DNA from: Octopus bimaculoides
Taxonomy: Eukaryota
Assembly: GCF_001194135.2 (NCBI RefSeq)
Contig: NC_068983.1
Location: 52,042,854-52,075,196 of the forward strand
DNA: 32,343 bases
Direction: 5' to 3'
Shown piece by piece: positions 1 through 10,993 of this stretch. Both the position numbers and the translations under genes were made by a program. A model generated the notes under the pieces. It was not told where the DNA came from and ran no database searches. It saw only the letters and a list, made by a program, of their open reading frames with translations. How positions within the stretch are numbered: position 1 is the stretch's first letter; each line of letters begins with the position of its first letter.

Positions 1-77
1 TATACCCCACATTAGTTCTGCAGGAATATAAATAAAACATAAAAAACAGACAGTGTTGGAACTCTTTTAAGCAAAAT

Positions 78-133
78 AATATATATATATATATATATAT
101 ATATGCAAACACACACACATATACATACATATT

Positions 134-172
<39 letters not shown>

Positions 173-198
173 TTATATATATGTATATATATATATAT
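78..198. repeat. Compound (TA)n/(CA)n/(TACA)n microsatellite
   Basis: Directly visible alternating TA and CA runs; explains the YIYI ORFs at 12-321. Confidence 0.95.
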
Positions 199-389
199 AA
201 CACCATGTGCACAAAACCTGAAAGAATGCTTGCAGAAACAAATTACGTTATATAAATCTGTATAATTACCGTGTTTCCGTGGCATGAAACTATTAATAGC
301 ACTTAATATAATATCGTGCACATTGAATGATATTTATACCTCACTGGATAAAGCTATAATGTAAGAGTTATATGTGACTGACCATCCGT

Positions 390-1012
390 AACCAGGTTAT
401 ACCATCATTGGTCATTGGCCATGAATAATGCTAGTAATACACGTCCGTGAGCTTATTGCACCAGCAGTCAGCTTCACTCAGGTTCGCGCAAGTTCCTTCA
501 TCATCGTGGTGGACTCGTATAGTCACCTCGGCGGTGACTGCAAAGACTAGACCTTGAGGTCAAATAAGGCTTGTGCAGCACCATACAAACCTTCTCTTAA
601 CCAAGGACAGACCAGATATCCAGACATCAGGAATGTGGGATGTCTTGAACTCAAGCGCAAGCGAAATTCTCCAACTTTGAATGAGCCTGTAAGAAAATCC
701 TGAATGTTACTGCTATCAGGGAATACATGCATGGTTGGGTCGTCGGCGATTAAACTGGCAACCCCACTAGGTTTGTCTGGTGAGAGGGGTTCCAAGAAAC
801 ACAGCAGGACTAAATACAAAATCTGTCCAAAGGACGGATAAATCTAGAATAGGTTCTTCGGCTACTTAGCAATAGCACGGTCTCTCAGAAATTGTGAGTT
901 GGTGTCTGGCAGGTTGGAAGAGTATTGGGGAGGCTGTACCTCTTGGCATTTGTTAAAACCTGTGTCTAGAAGGCCACTCTGATATAAACCAGTTACGCTG
1001 GAAAAGGCATCG
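390..1012 (+). mobile_element. GC-richer island, possibly a decayed LINE (RTE-like) 5'-UTR fragment
   Basis: Clearly richer in GC than its flanks, with no clean ORF or splice pair. The segment ggttgggtcgtcggcgattaaactggcaaccccactaggtttgtctggtgagagggg resembles RTE-type 5'-UTR sequence as I recall it (unverified). Contains a 7-bp hairpin AGTCACC-tcggc-GGTGACT at 521-539. Confidence 0.35.
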
Positions 1013-1904
1013 AACAAACACGCACACTCACATATGTCACATAGTATCAGCATCCATATATATACATCGCGTTTCAAAAATATCTGAAAGTTACTGATTT
1101 TCATTGATGTCTTCTAACACCACAATTTTTTCTATCTGGTCACAATCACCTATGTACTTTATATTTCTCTAATCGTTAATTCTATTAAATATATTGCATC
1201 TTTTGCTTCAGTTTTATATAACAGTGCTTGCTTCAGTGTTTTATGTTCATATCCATCTGGATTTCATGTAGAGTTAATAAGCCTGTAACAGTTTTATTCG
1301 TACCATATGGGTACTATATCGATGAACATCTATTAAGTAATTATCAAATTGTACCATTTTTTTGTTAGTTAGTTAAATACACATACATTATCTTAATGGT
1401 CACAAAACAGTAATTAATGGTCTACTTAATTGCATATAAATTATTTTAATACTCACAAAACACTTTTAACTGTTATGTGTCTTTTAAAGTTCTTTGTTTT
1501 TTATTTATTTTATTTATTTTTTTTTGCTTTTTCATTTATTCTTATGCTACTCTCTATTCAAGTCTATTTAGCATCGTAATGGAGTGTTTCTTTTTCGATC
1601 GTGAAGAAAACGTGAATGCAGCTCAGGAAACTAAGAAATAATCGCTGCTCTCATTGCTGCAAATCATAGATATTCTATGCCAGTTGTTTTCCAACACAAA
1701 ATATGTGAAAACTCCCGTCAATGAAGTGAAAAGTTCGGTTTTTTTTTCTTTTGTCGCGGTGTTATAATAAATTTTTGAAAAAGGCCTAATTGAATAATTT
1801 TAGTCTTTGTTCTTCTCGAGCCCTAGGACTGATAATCTAGTTACCCAGTTTGTATGGCGCATAAATGACTAAGATCCTAACATTCTCTTGAACGAGATAC
1901 TATT

Positions 1905-2116
1905 CAGTTGCAAAGTTCTGGCCTAGCAATTTCGAAGATAGGGACAAGTTATTTTACAACGACCAAAATACTCGACTGATACTTTGTTTTATCGATTCCA
2001 AAGGGATGAGAGGCAAAATTGACCTCGGAGGAAATTGAACACGGAACTTAATGAGACGGAAGGAATGCCACTAAGCATTTTGAACGATATACTAATGATT
2101 CTTCCAGCGGGTCACC
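1905..2116 (-). mobile_element. tRNA-headed SINE, family A (degenerate)
   Basis: Minus strand has A-box-like TGGAAGAATCATTAG and B-box-like GTGTTCAATTTC, then the body ccgaggtcaattttgcctctcatccctttggaatcgataaaa. Related copies at 10920, 18580, 18800 and 28812. Confidence 0.8.
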
Positions 2117-2364
2117 CACTGACCTAGTTTATCCTATAGTAAATAAATATTATATAAAGATTTGCAATTACTATCGAGCGTAAATTCTGTTGTTTAAAGT
2201 GCTTCTTTTCAATTCTTATGACTTGAATGATCTGAAAAATCCATTCACATAAATTATTCTCGACACTCCACATACATGCAAATATGGTGCGTATATGTGC
2301 CAATAGTTTATATGATTAACTACCTATGCATTCCTCTGTGTATAAAAAAATCCGTCCGAGTACA

Positions 2365-2366
2365 TT

Positions 2367-2426
<60 letters not shown>
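2365..2426. repeat. (TA)n microsatellite
   Basis: Long TA run directly abutting the left TIR of the mariner MITE. Confidence 0.95.
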
Positions 2427-2432
<6 letters not shown>

Positions 2433-2634
2433 TGGTGCATAGCTATTGAGGCTTTTTCCAATAAATTTTATTCAAGAAAAGATTTAAATGAAACACTCAG
2501 CAGAAATTGAAGTAGAAGTAGATGGTGAATATGCTCCGGAATAATCATGTAAATATTTTTTGTTAAATGTTGTTATTGTTTTTGTTGAATAAAATTTATT
2601 GAAGAAACACCGCAATAATTATGCAGCAACCTAA
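2427..2634 (+). mobile_element. Mariner-derived MITE (Hsmar1/MADE-like TIR)
   Basis: Imperfect ~48-bp TIRs (taaggttggtgcatagctattgagg...aataaattttattcaa versus ttgaataaaatttattg...cgcaataattatgcagcaacctaa) with TA on both sides. The interior encodes AEIEVEVDGEYAPE*, resembling the mariner transposase C-terminus (V.xDGEY). Confidence 0.85.
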
Positions 2635-3336
2635 TATTTTAGTCAAGAGATAATATTATATATATTCAATACATAAGAAAAAGGAATGTAAAATTAGATC
2701 ATTGAACTGTTCCATTCCTACTTAAAATAAATCTTCAACATTCACACTTTAAAATATCTCATATTTTATAAACACATAGTTATTTTGAATATTTCCTACA
2801 CAGCCAGTTAAGTATTAGTCATTTTCGCTGCAATTAAGCTTCATTCGTTATAAATTGTTACACCATTTACAATCTATCGATCTTTTGTTATGTAATCATC
2901 ATATGTAACTGTAGTTTGCTTGTTTAATTTGTATTAGCTACAACCCTTTGATATATTTTAATGTAGTGAAGAGTGTATTTCACTCAACAGGGAAGTGATT
3001 AAGACTTTAACTATATAGCAAAATTAAACAGTCTTCATCGACCTTAAATTGTGTATCAGAGCACTAAAACTCACTAAATACATTGAATAGTAGTTTTAAA
3101 TACACAGCACATTGCTTAACCATTACTGAGGTTATTTTAAGTCAAACGACAACTTAACAACAGACTACTACAAATAAAACACCACACTTTAACGCTAACT
3201 GTATTGTGGTTTGATATCTTTTCCTTGTCATTTCTGCAAATTTAGCTTCCAGTGAGTTGAAAGCCATAACATATTCGGGTATTACATATACGGATATTAA
3301 CACAGGTTTATGTACGTTTATTTTTTTACATATTCA

Positions 3337-3601
3337 TTTACTTGTTTCAGTCGTTTTGACTGCAGTAATGCTGCAGCACCGCCTTTAGCCGAATAAATCG
3401 ACCCCAGGACTTATTGTTTGTAAGCCTAGTACTATTCTATTGGTGTCTTTTGCCGAACCGCTAGTTAACGGTGGGTCGTAAACACACCAACATTGGTTGT
3501 CAAGCGATGGTGTGGGTGCAGACGCAGACACACACAAATATCTGCATGTATATATTTCCACGTGTAATTTCTATTTTGTTTTTGTAACAAATTTCTATTA
3601 T

Positions 3602-3658
<57 letters not shown>

Positions 3659-3850
3659 CATATATATATATATGTACACATATATATGTATACGACTTGC
3701 TTCTTTCAGTTGCTGTCTACCAAATCCGCTTGCAGTACTTTGGTCGACCCGATTCTAAAGCAGAAGACATTTACCAAAGTTCCCACACGGTGGAACTGAG
3801 CCCAGAACCATGTGGTTGATAAGCAAGCTTCTTACCACACAGCCACGCTG
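3337..3850 (-). mobile_element. tRNA-headed SINE, family B, near full length with internal microsatellite
   Basis: Minus-strand head gtggctgtgtggtaagaagcttgcttatcaaccacatggttctgggctcagttcc (A/B-box-like), internal (CA)(TA) tract ~3600-3690, tail ...gactgaaacaagtaaa. Aligns by eye with 5238-5560 and, inverted, with 24048-24185. Confidence 0.85.
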
Positions 3851-4627
3851 TGTCCATTTTTTAATAATATTTGTCTTATGTTGCACCAGTACAATCTAAT
3901 TAATTATATACATTTCCTACTTCGTGGTCACATTGTTGGCATCTCTTGTTGCCGACGTATTACTTCATTGTGCAATTCCTTTTTTAATATTTCATTCGTT
4001 ATCAATTACAGTAGGGCGTATCTCACACTTATATATTCTCCATTCTTATCTTTGAAACAAGATATTTCCCATTATGTCTAAATTGTTTTAATTGTATCAA
4101 ATATTACGTGAAGGAAATTATATTTATAAAGGTTGTTTCGTGGATACTATTTTATATATTGTATATTACTGAACACCGACAGCCCGTTGAGTAATAATTA
4201 CAAACCTTTGTATAATTTCTTGTTAAATGTGTGGATTTATGAGACTAAAACGCAATATATTCGCTCGAAGGTCAATTCTATTGATGCTGGTTATAGTTAG
4301 ATTACTGCACTCATCTAACAGCAATTACATTGTTCGTTCTCACTAGTTTCTTACACCTCATTAATCTGAATAGATAGTAACACATCGTTAAATACGTTTC
4401 TTGTTTCATATTACAGGAACTAATAGCACCAGCAGTAAGCTGTTTTTATTACATGATTTGTTTAACAAGCAGTTTTTATGTACATTTTTCGAAAGTATTT
4501 TTTTGTATTAATGACATAAACCACAGTTTTCTTTGTGGATCGAGATAGATACTATGATCGCATTTAATCAAAGCCTGTGTGGAGGTCTTCTGTATTGATC
4601 CATGACTCTTTTTTTTTTAATACCCAC

Positions 4628-4690
4628 CTGATAAGAAAGAGCTTCTCGGTCTAAACCACATGATTTTCCACTCGAATAATGCAACATTGT
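4628..4690 (-). CDS. Candidate internal exon (63 nt), unknown gene
   Basis: Minus strand: gatttaccag| ... CAG|gtgggt. The phase-0 frame reads TMLHYSSGKSCGLDREALSYQ. No homology recognised. Confidence 0.2.
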
Positions 4691-4727
4691 CTGGTAAATC
4701 AGTGAATATCTACTACGTGTTTGAATA

Positions 4728-4728
<1 letters not shown>

Positions 4729-4770
<42 letters not shown>

Positions 4771-4894
4771 TTATGGATGTGTGAAAGTATGGTATGCATA
4801 CATAAATCTATATATGTATGTGTACACATGCACATACAAACACACACGTACAATAAGTATATGTATACATATATATATATATATAAATATATGC

Positions 4895-4950
<56 letters not shown>
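4729..4950. repeat. Compound (TG)n/(TA)n microsatellite region
   Basis: Visible TG and TA runs; source of the overlapping CVCV/YIYI ORFs at 4660-5093. Confidence 0.95.
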
Positions 4951-4954
<4 letters not shown>

Positions 4955-5237
4955 TTGTGTGTGTGTCTGTGTGTATGTACAAAGAGAGACAGAGAGAGCC
5001 TGAGAACTGTCTTGTATAAGTACTGTGGAATAATGAGCGAACAGGAAAGAGATAAAGTAGTTTACTGATTAAAAAGTGAAACTTTTTGTACACGGAGATA
5101 AGAAAGACACCTTATACAACATTTGATTGACTGATCCTCTCCATTAAACCGCCATCGATTATATTCACATTGTAAGATCTCATGAAGTTGCGATTTATAT
5201 ACATGTGTCTGTATATGTATACATATATTATTTTAAT

Positions 5238-5367
5238 CTTTTACTTGTTTCAGTCATTAGACTGCAGCCATGGTAGAGTAACGCCTTCTGCCGAACCACT
5301 AATTCATGGCGACGTAAACACACCACCATCGGTTGTCAAGCGATGGTGAGGGGACAAAGACATTCAC

Positions 5368-5402
<35 letters not shown>

Positions 5403-5560
5403 GTATGAAGAGTTTCTTTCACTTTCTGTCTACCAAATCCACTCATAAGGCGTTGGTCGGCACGAGGCTATATTAGAAGACACTTGCCCAAGGTTCCACG
5501 CACTGGAACTGAAAATGGAACCATGCGGTTGGGAAGCAAGCGTCTTACCACCATGCCACT
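5238..5560 (-). mobile_element. tRNA-headed SINE, family B
   Basis: Similar to 3337-3850 (ttacttgtttcagtc..., gtctaccaaatccactc..., gaagacacttgcccaagg...), with an internal TA run at ~5370-5400. Confidence 0.85.
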
Positions 5561-5611
5561 CGTTTGACTANNNNNNNNNNNNNNNNNNNNNNNNNNNNTA
5601 TATATATATAT

Positions 5612-5736
5612 ATTCGTTTATATTTATATAAAGGGCATTATTACAGAAACATAATAACGCCACACAGTGGACTTCTCAAAATAACCACATTTAGTACCCA
5701 ATGCGAGGAAAAACAACCAACAGAAATGACCAACTT
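5612..5736. repeat. Inverted repeat, left arm (125 bp, identical to the reverse complement of 6470-6594)
   Basis: Base-by-base comparison shows no mismatch from attcgtttatatttatataaagggc to cagaaatgaccaactt. Confidence 0.95.
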
Positions 5737-5744
5737 TCTTTTAA

Positions 5745-5810
5745 AATAAACTATCGACCGATTTCGCGATTACTAGAATAAATCTAGATTTCGTTCATCA
5801 GCACAATATT
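5745..5810 (-). ncRNA. Hammerhead-ribozyme-like motif (minimal type I, Penelope-like), degenerate stem I
   Basis: Minus strand reads CUGAUGA (5801-5795), stem II (CGA..CUAGA-uuuau-UCUAG..UCG), GAAA (5765-5762), wobble-palindromic stem III AUCGGUCGAU, then an AUA triplet. Stem I does not pair convincingly. Confidence 0.5.
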
Positions 5811-6000
5811 GTCCCCAAAATATATATAAATAAACAGAATTCTCACCTCACCAAAACCGAACAACTACATATATATATATACATCATATGTAACATTTTC
5901 CTGTAATAGTAACCGGGGTTATAGAACAATCAAAGGTTCATGTAATGTGCAATGCCATCTCGCATCATCCACGTATTTATAGTTTGATTACTAACCTTAC

Positions 6001-6074
6001 CACTTTCCTTCGTTCACATTCTTTCTTGTAATAAAGTTTAGTAGGAAGTCCTCGGACATTTCTGCTGCGTGTAT
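6001..6074 (-). CDS. Candidate internal exon (74 nt), unknown gene
   Basis: Minus strand: ctatgttgtag| ... GTG|gtaagg. Two open frames: IHAAEMSEDFLLNFITRKNVNEGK(W) or (H)TRSRNVRGLPTKLYYKKECERRKV. No homology recognised. Confidence 0.33.
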
Positions 6075-6469
6075 CTACAACATAGATATTCATAATATAT
6101 AGTGTAACACAAGACATGAAAATTTGGAAACTCAATCTAACATACTTCTTAATCCGGATTGAGTTGTCTGCATAGATACTGTTAGAAATAAACCGTCTGT
6201 GACATATTTCATAGATATGTAAAACGTAAAAATAATTATTTGCAAATTCCTCGTGGGAAACAGGAGTACTCGCGTTATATGTTTCTAATTGTTTCATATT
6301 TTTGCTATTCATAGATAATTAATGAAAGTGATTTTCGAATATTTATTTATATAACTAATTTTATCTACAATATCACAGCAAATATCATCAAGAGGGTCAA
6401 TATAGACAGGCAAACAACGGATAGCTGAAGTACAGAAGTTATAAGTAAAAAACTCTTTTGCTAATTACT

Positions 6470-6594
6470 AAGTTGGTCATTTCTGTTGGTTGTTTTTCCT
6501 CGCATTGGGTACTAAATGTGGTTATTTTGAGAAGTCCACTGTGTGGCGTTATTATGTTTCTGTAATAATGCCCTTTATATAAATATAAACGAAT
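6470..6594. repeat. Inverted repeat, right arm (125 bp)
   Basis: Exact reverse complement of 5612-5736. Confidence 0.95.
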
Positions 6595-7041
6595 TACTGC
6601 ATGCAATTATCATAAATATATAAATATAACATGTATATCTCCCTTTAGAATTAAATGAATATATTGCAAACCAAATAAAATTAATATGTCTGCCGCACGC
6701 TCGCTACATGATGTTTACTTATGTGTTATATAATAATTCTTCAGCAAAGCTATAATGCTAACAGCTTAACAGCAAATGTGTGTAGTGAACCATTAGTAAT
6801 ATGTTTTCATTAAATCTGTATATAGCAGACAGTTTGCATTTATTTAGACAAGCAATGAAATTTAAAATATAATATTAAATAAAATATCATTTCCAAATTT
6901 ACAGTGAATTCGAGTTTAAATGGATAGACACAGCTGGCGTAAGGTATAATTTAAAGAACAAGCTGCGGCTTAGTAAATATTTCACATACCCAACGTATTT
7001 GTATATTAAATACACTAATTTACTTAGCTGCTAACACTTAC

Positions 7042-7110
7042 GCATAAACTGATACAGCTCAAGGCAGCTATGTGTCGCACAGTATTCAGTCTCGATATTC
7101 GTGGACGTGA
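7042..7110 (-). CDS. Candidate internal exon (69 nt), unknown gene
   Basis: Minus strand: gtattttag| ... TGC|gtaagt. Open frames SRPRISRLNTVRHIAALSCISLC or TSTNIETEYCATHSCLELYQFM; both join in frame to the 6001-6074 candidate. Confidence 0.35.
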
Positions 7111-7382
7111 CTAAAATACCCTACTTATTGAGAAATATTTTGTAGATATTGCTATGAAGATATGTTTTATGCATCATTTCGTCCCACACAAGCTTTGAAT
7201 ACCATAACAAAATTTAATGCTCACAGAGTTATGCTCAGCTGAATGTATCGTTTGATATGACTATTCTTTGAAAACGTAGGGGTAACTGCTTGTTAACTGA
7301 AATTTGGACTATTACGAAGTCTTTTATTTCTCATGTATTATATTTTCATGAATTAATTTGTATTTCTATGAACTTGCATACT

Positions 7383-7420
<38 letters not shown>

Positions 7421-7949
7421 ACGTACGTATGCATGTACATATGTATATATATCAATACACACAGAAAGTGAGAAAGAATGTGTGTATGTGTGTGTGTGTG
7501 TTATGTATTGTCACAGTTACACAATATTTGCTTATGTGCATGTTCCTATGCATGGAACACTATGTGAGTGATTCTGTATCTTTGTAATTGTTTCCATGTA
7601 TATGTGTGTGTGTGTATATATATAGGTGTGTAAGTATGTTTAATAAGTATGTTTAATTGTGTACCTAGATGGCAAAGCAATTTACGACTTCGGTTTGCAG
7701 TAAAATGACATACCACAGACACAAATAGTTATATTCACAGATTTTTTTAATGCGAAATTTCGGAAAATACTTTCATTCTGTACCATACAGACAAGCATAG
7801 TACCATAGTAGCGTTAAACATCCTAATCTATTATCAATTTTTCCAGCTCTGTAAAACAGTATGCTGGTTTGAATATAATGCATCCGTGCATAGACAACTC
7901 AACCCAATATTAGAGAATCACATATCAGGAATTCTTTTGAAGTAAAAAA

Positions 7950-8252
7950 GATAAGGACCCCCTTTGGTCATGAATGACCATGGGATTGCACCTACGAAGT
8001 TATCTTCCGAGGCACAAGTCCGGGCAAGGTTGTTTATGGATGACCAACAGTTGCCCATGCATACCAATTTAGGCACTCCATGCAACCGATATCATCCAAG
8101 GGAGAGACAAAGGCCGATACAGCTTAGCACCAGTGACATTGCAACTCATTTGTACAGCTGAGTGAATTGGAGCAATGTGAAATAAAGTGTCCGAACTCAC
8201 TACCTCATAATTGTGAGCCCGACGTTCTCACTACTCAGCCCTACGTCTTCAC
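7950..8252 (-). mobile_element. tRNA-headed SINE, family C (internal deletion)
   Basis: Minus-strand head gtgaagacgtagggctgagtagtgagaacgtcgggctcacaattatgaggtagtgagttcgg. Body aligns with 19463-19780 but lacks ~30 bp after gtgaaataaagtgtc. Confidence 0.85.
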
Positions 8253-8892
8253 TTCAGATGTAATTATACCTTAACAAAGAATTTAGGAAATTTTAAAAGA
8301 TTTCATCGCATGTGGTTTGTATCTTGATTTATTCAAAGCAGTCTCGATTGTGTATGGGAAGAAGTATCGTGCAATTACTCCTTTCGTATATCGAAGACAG
8401 ATGAGAATCGAAGTTGGGAGGTGTCTGATTTGTTTATTTCTTTTAGTTTTTGCTACGTAAACACAAGGCGAACGTACACTTTACAGGTCTAATATCTAAT
8501 GTTCGATGACATACTGCTTTATTTGAGCAGAATCAGTCAGGTAATAGCCAGAAAGTGCATTAGTTTTAGTTGTAGTTTCCATTATAAACTAGTTGATACT
8601 TAAACAGAATGAAAATAAAATAAGTTAAAACCAATGTATGTGTATTCATCGCCAAAACGAACTTCTAAAATACAACCAGGAATCTCTGTTTGTTTTTTTC
8701 GTTGTTCGAAAAACAGTTCGTTTTCTGTCTTCGTCTTTATGTTTTCGTTTCTCATTGTGTTTAACGTTTTTTGCCATGTCCTGTACCCATATATGCATGT
8801 ATGTGTACATATAGATGTAGGTATGTACATATATGTATGGATATATGCATATCCTTATATATTGTTCATGTNNNNNNNNNNATATATATATA

Positions 8893-8977
8893 TATATATA
8901 TATATATATAACTAGATAAGCAGGTAGATAGATAGATAGATAAATAGATCGATCGATAGATAGATAGATAGATAGAT
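8893..8977. repeat. (TA)n and (TAGA)n microsatellites
   Basis: Visible TA run followed by GATA/TAGA tetranucleotide repeats next to a gap. Confidence 0.9.
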
Positions 8978-9980
8978 GCATATGTAATTGTATGAGTGTT
9001 TATGTACATATGTTGTTGAAGGCAGTTGAAAGTACTGATCTGAAGTACGGAATTATTTATGAAGTAATTATCGGTTTCAAAAATGACCATAACTCGTCTT
9101 TTAAACCAATATTTTCGACCTTAAATAACTATATCTACTGATTTCAGAACAGCTAATTTCTTGCTTGACTCGTTGTAGGCACAAATTATATAATTCTATA
9201 TAATAAGCCGAATAAAGAAAACTTGTAAATAATAACGTAGGTTCTAGTAACCCGGCCAAAGTGTTCAAAAATTTATCAACTTCAACAAACGATTGTTTAT
9301 TTTATTTGGCAAAACATATGACAGGTCCGTTCTTTTGTCAGTCTCTTTATCCTGCAAACAATAGACGGAGCGGAAAGCATCGAGAGGGCTAAAACGTCAG
9401 CTAATGACATGGTCATATAATAACAATTTCCTTTTCCCACCAAATGCCTTTTTACTATGCACTTTCAGAACCCTCTTGAATTATTAAATAATCGTTTTTC
9501 CGCTTAAATGAATCCATTCTGACAGAATGCCAAGAGGTAGTCATAATGATATCGAATTCTCTTTGACACTGAATAAATGAGACTTCCCGCCAACATATCC
9601 CACTGGTTGAAAACTATAGCACAGAACGTAGACTATTTTTGACTCGGAGAATTGTCTTTTAATTTTATGTGCATATATACACAAAAATGTATATATAAAT
9701 ATACATATACATATATATATATCTATATAGTAAGGAAAAAAGTAATATGTAATTAATTTAATTAAATTAAATTAGTTTCTAATTACTCTATCATGTCATT
9801 TACATATTGCTGTTCGAAACAATCGTATGTAAATATTAATTTTTATTTAATTTTAACATCTCTTTTGCATCTTTGACAGTCTATTGAGTTTCTATGGGAT
9901 ACCTTTCCATACACTCTTATCACATACCATATACATATATATATATATATATATGTGTGTGTGTTTGAGAGTGTAATTAC

Positions 9981-9982
<2 letters not shown>

Positions 9983-10032
<50 letters not shown>
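9983..10032. repeat. (AG)n microsatellite
   Basis: Uninterrupted AG run. Confidence 0.95.
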
Positions 10033-10037
<5 letters not shown>

Positions 10038-10091
10038 CATGTATATATGTAGATATATATACATATATATATACATGCATATACATATATA

Positions 10092-10220
10092 TACACATAT
10101 ATATGTATAAACTTACATACACACACACACATATATATATATATACACATATATATGTATAAACATACATACACACACACATATATATATATATACACAT
10201 ATATATGTATAAACATACAT

Positions 10221-10251
<31 letters not shown>

Positions 10252-10268
10252 CACATATATATGTATAA

Positions 10269-10299
<31 letters not shown>

Positions 10300-10312
10300 C
10301 AATCACATATAT
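10092..10312. repeat. Higher-order minisatellite, ~52-bp unit x4, built from microsatellites
   Basis: The unit acacatatatatgtataaac(a/t)tacat(ac)n(at)n recurs four times before the gap. Confidence 0.9.
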
Positions 10313-10919
10313 ANNNNNNNNNNNNNNNNNNNNNNNNNNNNNNNNNNNNNNNNNNNNNNNNNNNNNNNNNNNNNNNNNNNNNNNNNNNNNNNNNNNNNNA
10401 GACATATATATATATACACATATATATATACGCACACACACACACACATATATATATACATACACTGGATAATTCCAGCATATATTGAAAGGCAAATAAA
10501 ACAACTAAAGTAAATAATGATAAAGAGTTGATGCATTCCCCGAATCTTCTACTTTATATCTTGTTCGAAGTAGAGAGAAAAATGATGTACAATATGAACA
10601 TTTGTACAGTTTTCGTTCTTGTATTTCTATAAACATGCTCTTGTCTTCCACCAAACATCTACTGATCAATCATGTTCATAGTCGCCTCTGCGCTACTTCT
10701 ACTAGACATATTATATGTAGAATATTCTTCTTCCGAAAGAGTAAATAACAGTACTTCTGACCATTACATTTATTTGAGGAATTACATTACATTATGTAAT
10801 TGGTAGAACATTAATTCTCTCCTTTTTATATCATTAGTTCCTTCACTTATCAGGCAATATTTGTCTTGCATATGCTTTCATATTGCCTTGGAATTTTGGC
10901 ATAATGCCAGTAATTAAAG

Positions 10920-10993
10920 GGGGAAGAGTAAGTCGATTACAACTACCCCACTGCTGAGGTGATACTTATTTTGTCGACCCAAAAAAAATGGAA
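10920..10993 (-). mobile_element. SINE family A body fragment
   Basis: taagtcgattac...gatacttattttgtcgaccc resembles the family A body at 18830-18890 and 28993-29035. Confidence 0.5.

Noticed and set aside
547-1104. Minus-strand ORFs of 90 and 80 aa with non-repetitive sequence
   Set aside because: No recognisable domain and no convincing splice pair. They lie in a GC-richer island better explained as a repeat fragment, where stops are rarer.
5977-6312. 111-aa minus ORF as a Penelope GIY-YIG or RT remnant
   Set aside because: No GIY/YIG or RT motif is readable; only the 74-nt spliced portion is kept as a weak exon candidate.
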